Shown: piece by piece, positions 16,049 through 23,399 of the stretch | Layout: every line of letters starts with the position of its first letter | How positions within the stretch are numbered: the first letter of the stretch is position 1 | Translations under genes and position numbers: made by a program | Notes under the pieces: generated by a model | What the model saw: only the letters and a program-made list of their open reading frames with translations | Databases searched by the model: none | Told to the model about the DNA's origin: nothing | Assembly: GCA_030429505.1 (NCBI GenBank) | Contig: JAUIFI010000001.1 | Span: 210,001 to 242,000 of the forward strand | Reading direction: 5' to 3' | Length of the DNA: 32,000 nt | Source of the DNA: Candidatus Saccharimonadota bacterium | Lineage (GTDB): Bacteria > Patescibacteriota > Gracilibacteria > UBA4473

Positions 16049-16079
16049 AAAAATCGCTTCTTCCACCTGAGTCTTTTTG
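16049..16079. repeat. Right arm of the inverted repeat bracketing the membrane-protein cassette
   Basis: AAAAATCGCTTCTTCCACCTGAGTCTTTTTG is the inverted counterpart of 15234-15262. Confidence 0.6.
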
Positions 16080-16094
16080 TGATTTCAAGAAGTA

Positions 16095-16130
16095 AGAGTT
16101 CGGTCTTTTAATCCCGAAGTCTCTTTTTTG
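16095..16130 (+). terminator. Probable rho-independent terminator for the plus-strand cassette; its left arm is also half of a 15-bp perfect inverted repeat
   Basis: AGAG-TTCGG-tcttttaatc-CCGAA-gt-CTCT followed by TTTTTT (16124-16129). Separately, AGAGTTCGGTCTTTT (16095-16109) is perfectly complementary to AAAAGACCGAACTCT (16157-16171), just downstream of the convergent glyQS. Confidence 0.5.
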
Positions 16131-16193
16131 AGGTATCTATATCTTTATTTTCGAAGAAAAGACCGAACTCTGATATGAAAAACAAACCTCATA

Positions 16194-17636
16194 TCATCTC
16201 TGATTTAGTTTCTTATTGAGCGTTGTATGAGATTCTGAAATAAATTCAGAATGACATACTCGGAAATACTTCATTCTTAACGTATCTTCTAACTCATCGA
16301 TTTTCACCCGCTCCTGCTTCATACTATCCCGATCCCGAACCGTGACACTGCCATCTTCCAATGTCTCATAATCAATCGTCACACACACGGGTGTCCCGAT
16401 CTCGTCCTGGCGACGATATCGTTTTCCAATCGATCCTGAGATATCCAGCTCACAATTTCCAAAAATTTTCACTAATTTCCAAACTTCATGGGCTTTTTCA
16501 GTCATCCCATCTTTTTTCATCAGAGGCATCACAGCTACTTTTACTGGAGCCAGACGAGGCATAAATTTCATTACCACGCGCTCTGTTTCATCTTCCAGTT
16601 TTTCTTCTTGGTACGCCTCAACGAGTAAAGCCAAAAGTGTTCGATCTACTCCAAATGTCGGTTCGATCACATGCGGCACGAGCTTTTGTCCACTTTCTTC
16701 GTCATGAATGTGAAGCGCTTGTCCAGAATGTTTCTGGTGTTGTGTCAGATCAAAATCAGTTCGATACGCCAAACCATACAGCTCTTTCCGCCCAAAAGGA
16801 AAATCATACTCTATATCTATAGTTTTCTCTGAATAATGAGATCGTTTTTCTTGCGGGTGTTCATATATATGAACATTTTTTTTGTTCAATCCAATCATTT
16901 CACACCAATCATCCATCCTTTGATGCCAGAGATCAAAGTATTTTTCCCATTCTTCTTTTTTAACAAAGTACTCAATCTCCATCTGTTCAAATTCCAACCG
17001 ACGAAAAATAAAATTTCCGGGAGTAATCTCATTTCGAAAGGCCTTTCCGATTTGAGCAATACCAAAAGGTAGCTTGCATCGTTGTGTATCAACAATATTT
17101 TTAAATTCCAAAAACATAGCCTGTGCTGTTTCCGGTCTGAGATAGGCCTTTGATCCTTCACTCGTTTTCGCCATCTCGGTCGAAAACATTTGATTAAATT
17201 GTTTTACTTCACTCAAATTCGTTTTTCCCGATGTAGGGGATGTAACCCCCTTATCCCGAATCAGCTTTGTCATTTCTTCTAAACTCATCCCTTCTGCATC
17301 AATACCGAGTTGGTCCTCTATCAAGTGATCTGCCCTGAAACGATGTCCCGTATCTCGATCTTCTACCATCGGATCATTAAACTGCTCGAGATGTCCACTC
17401 GCTTCCCAAGTCTTTGGATGTAGGATTATGTCACCATCAATGCCAAACACATCTGGCATATCTCGAACAAATGTTTTCCACCAAAGATCCGTAATATTCC
17501 GTTTTAATTCCACTCCATAGGGACCGTATGTATATGAATTCGCAAAACCACCATAGATGAGCGAGCCAGGATACGCAAAACCGCGACGCTTACACAGCGC
17601 CACGATTTTGTCCATTTTGTCACTAGAGTTGGTCAT
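16194..17636 (-). CDS. glyQS: Glycine--tRNA ligase (dimeric class II GlyQS type), with a repeat-derived C-terminal tail
   Basis: MDKIVALCKRRGFAYPGSLIYGGFANSYTYGPYGVELKRNI..WW, the class II motifs (FRNEITPGNFIFRRLEFEQMEIEYF; GVDRTLLALL) and an anticodon-binding domain. The start may be M1 (17636, 14-nt overlap with the upstream gene) or M8 (17615). The last ~20 codons run through hairpin repeat copy c. Confidence 0.93.
   Translation of the reverse strand: MTNSSDKMDKIVALCKRRGFAYPGSLIYGGFANSYTYGPYGVELKRNITDLWWKTFVRDMPDVFGIDGDIILHPKTWEASGHLEQFNDPMVEDRDTGHRFRADHLIEDQLGIDAEGMSLEEMTKLIRDKGVTSPTSGKTNLSEVKQFNQMFSTEMAKTSEGSKAYLRPETAQAMFLEFKNIVDTQRCKLPFGIAQIGKAFRNEITPGNFIFRRLEFEQMEIEYFVKKEEWEKYFDLWHQRMDDWCEMIGLNKKNVHIYEHPQEKRSHYSEKTIDIEYDFPFGRKELYGLAYRTDFDLTQHQKHSGQALHIHDEESGQKLVPHVIEPTFGVDRTLLALLVEAYQEEKLEDETERVVMKFMPRLAPVKVAVMPLMKKDGMTEKAHEVWKLVKIFGNCELDISGSIGKRYRRQDEIGTPVCVTIDYETLEDGSVTVRDRDSMKQERVKIDELEDTLRMKYFRVCHSEFISESHTTLNKKLNQR
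16229..16256 (-). repeat. Hairpin repeat family, copy c (minus strand TGTCATTCTGAA-tttat-TTCAGAATCTC), inside the 3' end of the glyQS reading frame
   Basis: It differs from copy b only in the loop. Translated in the glyQS frame it gives ..CHSEFISES... Confidence 0.75.
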
Positions 17637-18723
17637 TTACTGCTTTTTCAAACACATCCGGACCAATCGCTCCAGGCATCATTTGGCTACCAATGAAGAC
17701 TGATGGAGTTCCAGTAACTCCATACTCACTACCTTCAGCCAAATCCGCCTCAATTTCTTTTTTAATATCAGGGTTTTTGAGACACGCCGCAAAAGAGTCG
17801 CGATCAAGACCAGCATCTCCTCGTACTCTATCTATAAACCCAGCTGTATCCTGACCACTCCAAGTTTCTTGTTCATCAAAAAGAGCTTGTTTGAAAGTGC
17901 TAAATGAATCAATCCCCCCAAGCTTAAAAGCACAATTAGCAGCGATATGCATTCCCATAGCTTGCTGATGAAAGCTGAGAGGAAAATCTTTCAAGACATA
18001 AGTAATCTTGTTTTCCTTAATCAGTCGTTCGATAAGATCCTTGTTTTGATCGTAGAGTCTCTTACAAAAAGGACATTGAAAATCAGTAAACTCTACCACC
18101 TTCACTTTTCCAGATCCTCGGACCGGCTCTCCCTCAAAATCAAATTCAGGATCATTGATGAACTTCCCAACTGGCAGATTAGCCCGTCTTGACTCGACTA
18201 AATACTGACCGTCTTTTTCTGTTAAGATAGGAAGAAGTTCATCCATTAAAGGCTTCCCATCACGAGTAAGATCTTTCACACCTTCCCCCAAGATATATGC
18301 AGGGACAAAGGTAAGATCGAATTTTTCAACAAGTCCTTGTCCCTCTTTAGAAGTAATATCAACTGCGTTGATTACAAGAGCTGGTGATAAGTTTTGACGA
18401 AAAATCGACAGAGCCCGTCCTGTATCACACGCTTGTCCACAACTCTCGTCACCTACAATAGTGAGATGTAACGGACTCCCTTCTACTTGAATCCAAGTCT
18501 TTCCTTTATGAATAACAAATTCTTGAGCCTTATCCATTTTATCAGTAAGTGCTCCCTGCATCTGAGATAGAATCAGAAAAGTAAGAGCTAAAGCCCCAAG
18601 AATCAGATGCCACATATCAAAACGTCCACAAAGAACTCCATTGTCAGTACTAGTTGAAGCCTGGGAACGAGAAGAAGATTTTTTGGTGACCATTGAAAAT
18701 ACAGTTAATAAAGACACAGGCAT
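17623..18723 (-). CDS. Membrane-anchored DsbA-family thiol:disulfide oxidoreductase with an extra N-terminal thioredoxin-like domain
   Basis: TM anchor WHLILGALALTFLILSQ. The DsbA-like domain reads KVKVVEFTDFQCPFCKRLYDQ (CPFC active site) ... GVTGTPSVFIG (the cis-Pro loop region). A preceding ~130-aa domain carries CGQAC. The start could instead be the M at residue 11. Confidence 0.75.
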   Translation of the reverse strand: MPVSLLTVFSMVTKKSSSRSQASTSTDNGVLCGRFDMWHLILGALALTFLILSQMQGALTDKMDKAQEFVIHKGKTWIQVEGSPLHLTIVGDESCGQACDTGRALSIFRQNLSPALVINAVDITSKEGQGLVEKFDLTFVPAYILGEGVKDLTRDGKPLMDELLPILTEKDGQYLVESRRANLPVGKFINDPEFDFEGEPVRGSGKVKVVEFTDFQCPFCKRLYDQNKDLIERLIKENKITYVLKDFPLSFHQQAMGMHIAANCAFKLGGIDSFSTFKQALFDEQETWSGQDTAGFIDRVRGDAGLDRDSFAACLKNPDIKKEIEADLAEGSEYGVTGTPSVFIGSQMMPGAIGPDVFEKAVNDQL

Positions 18724-18770
18724 TCTATGATTTCTTCATTAAAAAGCAAAGGATAATTCTTAGAAAACGT

Positions 18771-18799
18771 TTGAAAAAACTTGAAAGCTATGCTACAAT
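18771..18799 (+). promoter_or_regulatory. Promoter with an extended -10 (TTGAAA-17 bp incl. TGC-TACAAT) for the 18844 gene
   Basis: TTGAAA at 18771-18776, TGC at 18791-18793 and TACAAT at 18794-18799, with a 17-bp spacer. It lies about 45 nt upstream of ATG 18844. Confidence 0.55.
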
Positions 18800-18843
18800 A
18801 GAAGGATTGCATTCATCTAAAAAACAAAAATAAATCATCTCCA

Positions 18844-19407
18844 ATGAAAGACTCACAAATCATCGAAAAACTCAACCAATCGCTCTTGTCTGCTAAATCA
18901 GCACTAGATGCTGTTACGAAATGGACCCAGCTTTTAGCAGAAAAAAATGATATAGAACTCGATACTATTAAAAAGAAAGCGCAAAATCTTACCGGATTTG
19001 ACATAGAGGGAGATAGTGATGAGAAAATTGTCGAAGGAATTTTTGACGGACAAAACATGATTGGTCCAGATAAAACTCAATACCCAGTTCCTGCTAATTA
19101 TGCTTCCAAATCAAAACTGGTCGAAGGAGATACTCTCAAACTTACCATCCAACCTAATGGTTCTTTTGTTTTTAAACAAATCGAACTTATTCCACGTAAA
19201 ATGACTACAGGAAAACTGATCTTGGAAGGCAATCAATATAAAGTTTTATGCACGGATAAAACATATTCAGTGCTTTATGCATCCGTCACTTTCTTTAAAG
19301 GAAGTGTTGGGGATAACGTCACCATTATTATTCCAGAAGACGAAAAAGCATCATGGGGAGCTATTGAAAACATTATCCCAAGCCTCACCCCTACCGAAGC
19401 CAAATAA
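18844..19407 (+). CDS. Hypothetical cytoplasmic protein (187 aa)
   Basis: An intact ORF with its own promoter. It has an N-terminal helical region and a beta-rich C-terminal part (YPVPANYASKSKLVEGDTLKLTIQPNGSFVFKQIE...). There is no signal peptide and I recognised no catalytic motif. Confidence 0.6.
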   Translation: MKDSQIIEKLNQSLLSAKSALDAVTKWTQLLAEKNDIELDTIKKKAQNLTGFDIEGDSDEKIVEGIFDGQNMIGPDKTQYPVPANYASKSKLVEGDTLKLTIQPNGSFVFKQIELIPRKMTTGKLILEGNQYKVLCTDKTYSVLYASVTFFKGSVGDNVTIIIPEDEKASWGAIENIIPSLTPTEAK

Positions 19408-19451
19408 ATTTGAGTTTTACTTTTTCCTTGCTTACAATCAAGAAAAAAAAC

Positions 19452-20633
19452 ATGCGTTTTTGGTTGTTAGCGATATTTACCTTCTTCATTCCCGTAGGCT
19501 TTGCCGGAGACTTTACGGACAACGAACATATCCCTGATTGGGCTCAATATCCTATTTCGGTCTTAGAGCAAGAAGAAGTGATATCAGGAAATGATGATGG
19601 ATCTTTTGCGCCTGAGAGAGCTATGAACCGGGCTGAATTTTGTAAAGTTATTGTCAATGCGACAGGCGTTGATAAATACCTTCCCCTTACTTCTCACTTT
19701 CCAGATATAGAAAGAGATGATTGGTTTTTTGATTTTGTAGAGACCGCTAAATATTATGGTTGGATCGATGGCTATCCGGACGGTACCTTCAGACCAGGAA
19801 ATAAAATCAACCGTGCTGAAGCCGCTAAGATCCTAGCAAATGCTTTTGATTTGCCTATTCCCGACAGAAAAGCCGGGCAGGAATGGAGTGTGCCGTATTT
19901 CGAAGCACTTTCTCAATCAGACCTACTCGCATACGGAAGTAGCTTGGATGATAAAGATGCCGGGAAAAACCCTCATCGTGCCGAAATTTCCGAGCAGATT
20001 TTCCGACTTATGAAACACACAGGTAGACTGTCTCCCTTTGCTCTCGCCAACTACAAGGATAATTATACTCCACCATCTGCGGCTATAACCGGAGATAACG
20101 CTCAACAAGATTCTTTATCCAATAATGCTACTAGCAATGACATTACCCTTTTTGAATATACTGAAAAAGATACGGGAACTGTAAAAATAGAAGCTGCTGC
20201 TGGAGACTTACATATAACAAAAAATCCAAGTCTTCCCTCAAACCTTCAAGTCTCCCGAGGACGAAAAGGTGTTAAAGCCCATTCAGTCACTTTATCGACG
20301 AAAAATGGTTCTGTCAAAATTGGCGCACTCAAATTTCGTCGAACCGGTACGGGGATATCCGATGATTTTATTAGAGCATGGTTAGAGATAGATGGAGATG
20401 CTATTTCTCCCAAAATCATTCTTTCAGGAGATATCATAAACATTCCATTCCATAACCTTATAAGTTTTGGATCAAGTCCTAAAACTATTGACCTAAAAGT
20501 AGATGCAGGATTTACCACTACAGGAAGTCGAAAGTCTCGCTTTGTTCTCTTTCTTCCAGAATGGATCGACGCCAATACCAAAAATAAAATCGGCTTTTTC
20601 CCACTCGGTGGAACCGATATTTCTATTAAATAG
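19452..20633 (+). CDS. S-layer homology (SLH) domain protein 2, paralog of 6324..7535
   Basis: The ATG at 19452 gives MRFWLLAIFTFFIPVGFA, a signal peptide; the listed TTG start at 19410 adds a non-signal extension. SLH repeats are FTDNEHIPDWAQYPISVLEQEEVISGNDDGSFAPERAMNRAEFCKVI and FPDIERDDWFFDFVETAKYYGWIDGYPDGTFRPGNKINRAEAAKIL. The C-terminal domain is beta-rich. Confidence 0.85.
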   Translation: MRFWLLAIFTFFIPVGFAGDFTDNEHIPDWAQYPISVLEQEEVISGNDDGSFAPERAMNRAEFCKVIVNATGVDKYLPLTSHFPDIERDDWFFDFVETAKYYGWIDGYPDGTFRPGNKINRAEAAKILANAFDLPIPDRKAGQEWSVPYFEALSQSDLLAYGSSLDDKDAGKNPHRAEISEQIFRLMKHTGRLSPFALANYKDNYTPPSAAITGDNAQQDSLSNNATSNDITLFEYTEKDTGTVKIEAAAGDLHITKNPSLPSNLQVSRGRKGVKAHSVTLSTKNGSVKIGALKFRRTGTGISDDFIRAWLEIDGDAISPKIILSGDIINIPFHNLISFGSSPKTIDLKVDAGFTTTGSRKSRFVLFLPEWIDANTKNKIGFFPLGGTDISIK

Positions 20634-20646
20634 TATTTGAGAGTCA

Positions 20647-20681
20647 AAGAAGAAGGTTCTATTTGTTTCTTCTTAGTTTTT
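20647..20681 (+). terminator. Weak AT-rich hairpin terminator after SLH protein 2
   Basis: AAGAAGAA (20647-20654) pairs with TTCTTCTT (20667-20674) around a 12-nt loop, followed by AGTTTTT. Confidence 0.35.
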
Positions 20682-20713
20682 GCCTATACTTTCCCTGCTT
20701 TTAGAGAAGAATT

Positions 20714-21694
20714 ATGCGTGTTTTGACCGGTATGCAATCCAGCGGCAATCCTCACATCGGGAATTATTTTGGTATGATCAAACCCGCTTTAGAGTTTCAG
20801 GACAATCCTAAAAACGAATGTTTTTATTTTATTGCCGATTTGCATTCCTTTACTTCCAAACTCGACCCCGAAGCCTTTCATCAAAATCAAAAGAGAACAA
20901 TTCTTGATTGGCTCGCTCTTGGACTTGATCCAGAAAAGTCCGCCTTTTACCAACAGTCGGATATTCGAGCGCATACAGAATTATTTTGGATTTTAATGTG
21001 TGGAACGCCGATGGGACTCCTCGAACGAGCGCATTCCTACAAAGATAAAATTGCGAACAACATAGAACCAAACGGAGGGCTTTTTAGCTATCCAGTCCTT
21101 ATGGCCTGCGATATTTTACTCTACGATGCCGAAGTAATTCCCGTCGGAAAAGATCAAAAACAACACGTAGAAATGACTCGCGATATTGCTCAAAAATTCA
21201 ATCACCACTTTGGAGAAACTTTTACATTGCCAGAAGCACGTATTCTCAAATCTGTCGAAACTGTTCCAGGTCTAGATGGACGAAAAATGTCTAAAAGCTA
21301 TGGTAACACTATTGATATCTTTGAAGAAGAAGTCGCTCTAAAGAAAAAAATCATGTCTATTCCAACAGATTCAGTGCCACTTGGACAACCACTCAATCCT
21401 GATACCTGCCAGGTTTTTGCTTTCCACACCTTATTTGCTAACCCAAACCTAGAAACCTTACGTAACCAATATAAAAATGGCGATATCGGTTTCGGTGATG
21501 CAAAAAAACAACTCTTTACCCTCATTTGGGATTATTTCCAGGAAGCAAGAGAGCGACGAACAAAGCTTCAGAAAGAAACAACTTATATTGAAAAAATTCT
21601 TACAGAAGGGGCCCAAAAAGCAAACTCCATCGCAGAAAAAAAGCTGGGTCTTGTACGATCAAAATTAGGCTTGTCAGCAAAGCATCTCGTGTAA
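20714..21694 (+). CDS. trpS: Tryptophan--tRNA ligase
   Basis: VLTGMQSSGNPHIGNYFG (HIGH motif), GKDQKQHVEMTRDIAQKFN and GRKMSKSYGN (KMSKS). 326 aa, a typical TrpRS size. Confidence 0.95.
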   Translation: MRVLTGMQSSGNPHIGNYFGMIKPALEFQDNPKNECFYFIADLHSFTSKLDPEAFHQNQKRTILDWLALGLDPEKSAFYQQSDIRAHTELFWILMCGTPMGLLERAHSYKDKIANNIEPNGGLFSYPVLMACDILLYDAEVIPVGKDQKQHVEMTRDIAQKFNHHFGETFTLPEARILKSVETVPGLDGRKMSKSYGNTIDIFEEEVALKKKIMSIPTDSVPLGQPLNPDTCQVFAFHTLFANPNLETLRNQYKNGDIGFGDAKKQLFTLIWDYFQEARERRTKLQKETTYIEKILTEGAQKANSIAEKKLGLVRSKLGLSAKHLV

Positions 21695-21709
21695 CTTTTT
21701 GAGAAAGCC

Positions 21710-23398
21710 ATGAAATCCCTCATTATTGAATACCTCAAAAAAAATTGGAACGCAGATCAAGCTGAAAAAATTCAATTTTCTCCTGTTCCCAAGGAACAAG
21801 AAGGAGATTTAGCGCTAAGTTTTTTCGAACTTGCTAAGGAAATCAAAAAAGCGCCCATCCAAATCGCTCAAGAAGTGGAAGGAGTATTACAAAAAAACAA
21901 TACTATTATTGAAAAAACAAATATTTCAGGACCTTATCTCAATCTTTTCTTTCAAAATGATGTTTTTTTTGAACAAGTTCTAGAATCTTCTGTGGATTTT
22001 GTTACTCAAAAAAATAAAACCATTGTTATCGAGTTTTCTGGTCCTAATACAAACAAGCCACTTCATTTAGGTCACATGAGAAATCATGCTTTAGGGATTG
22101 CTATGTCTAATCTTTACGAAGCTTTAGGGGCAAACGTGAAACGAGTCAACATTATTAATGATCGAGGCGTTCACATCTGTAAATCCATGCTCGCTTATCA
22201 AAAATTTGGTAACGGTGATACACCGGAAAAGCAGCAACTCAAGACAGATCATTTTGTCGGACAATATTATGTCCGCTATGAACAAGAGTTTAAAAAAGAT
22301 CCCAACCTCAAAGATGAAATTCAAACCATGCTTGTTGCTTGGGAAGAAGGGGACAAAGATGTACGAGCGATCTGGAAAAAGATGAATGACTGGACACTTT
22401 CCGGACATCAAAAAACCTATGAGCGGCAGGGGATTGCTTTTGAAAAATCTTACTACGAATCCGACTGGTACCGAAAGGGGAGTGAGATCGCACAACAAGG
22501 TTTGAAAAAAGACATTTTTCAAAAACGATCAGACGGAGCTATCACGATAGATCTTATAGATGAAGGCTTAGATGAAAAAGTTGTTCTACGAGCTGATGGT
22601 ACTTCAATTTACCTCACTCAAGATCTAGCCGTCGCTTCTCAGCGAGAAAAAGACTTTCATCCGGATCAGATGATCTATGTAGTAGCCGACGAACAAAATT
22701 ATCACTTTAAGGTTCTTTTTGCCTGCCTCGATAGGTTACAACTCCTCGCACGAGAAAAGCTTTACCATCTTGGCTACGGCTTGGTACATCTTCCAGAAGG
22801 TCGTATGAAATCCCGAGAAGGGACGGTCGTCGACGCGGACAACTTGATGGATGAATTATCTGCACTTGCTCTCGTTGAAATTCAAAGCCGCAATCCAGAC
22901 TTAGAAGAATCTGTCCAAAAGCAAATCGCCGAGCAAATCATGAATGCGGCCTGGAAATTTTACCTACTCTCCACCAGTCCTCGAAAAAGCATTACCTTTG
23001 ATCCGAAAAAATCCATTGCCTTCGAAGGTGCTACTGGACCGTATCTACAATACGCAGGAGTTCGAATTCGGTCGATACTTGCAAAATCCAACATCAATCT
23101 TGGAAAAACAAAACCGAACTCATCAGTACTAGGAGACGCTGAAAAACCACTAGGAGCTAAAATACTTGCTTTTGAAGACACACTCCAGCAAGCACTAGAA
23201 AGTAAAAACCCAACTTATCTCGTGACTTATCTCCTTGAACTCGCTCAACTTTGGTCTAGCTACTATAGCGCAAACTCCATTCTAAAAGCTGATACCGAAG
23301 AACTAAAAATAGCTCGGCTTTATTTTGCACAAAAAATGTATTCAATTTTAGAAAAAGGACTGGGAATTTTAGGCATTGAAATTCCGGAAAAGATGTAG
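21710..23398 (+). CDS. argS: Arginine--tRNA ligase
   Basis: EFSGPNTNKPLHLGHMRN (HIGH-type motif), DGTSIYLTQDLA, an MKSREG region, and a C-terminal DALR-like anticodon-binding domain. 562 aa. Confidence 0.93.
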   Translation: MKSLIIEYLKKNWNADQAEKIQFSPVPKEQEGDLALSFFELAKEIKKAPIQIAQEVEGVLQKNNTIIEKTNISGPYLNLFFQNDVFFEQVLESSVDFVTQKNKTIVIEFSGPNTNKPLHLGHMRNHALGIAMSNLYEALGANVKRVNIINDRGVHICKSMLAYQKFGNGDTPEKQQLKTDHFVGQYYVRYEQEFKKDPNLKDEIQTMLVAWEEGDKDVRAIWKKMNDWTLSGHQKTYERQGIAFEKSYYESDWYRKGSEIAQQGLKKDIFQKRSDGAITIDLIDEGLDEKVVLRADGTSIYLTQDLAVASQREKDFHPDQMIYVVADEQNYHFKVLFACLDRLQLLAREKLYHLGYGLVHLPEGRMKSREGTVVDADNLMDELSALALVEIQSRNPDLEESVQKQIAEQIMNAAWKFYLLSTSPRKSITFDPKKSIAFEGATGPYLQYAGVRIRSILAKSNINLGKTKPNSSVLGDAEKPLGAKILAFEDTLQQALESKNPTYLVTYLLELAQLWSSYYSANSILKADTEELKIARLYFAQKMYSILEKGLGILGIEIPEKM

Positions 23399-23399
23399 T

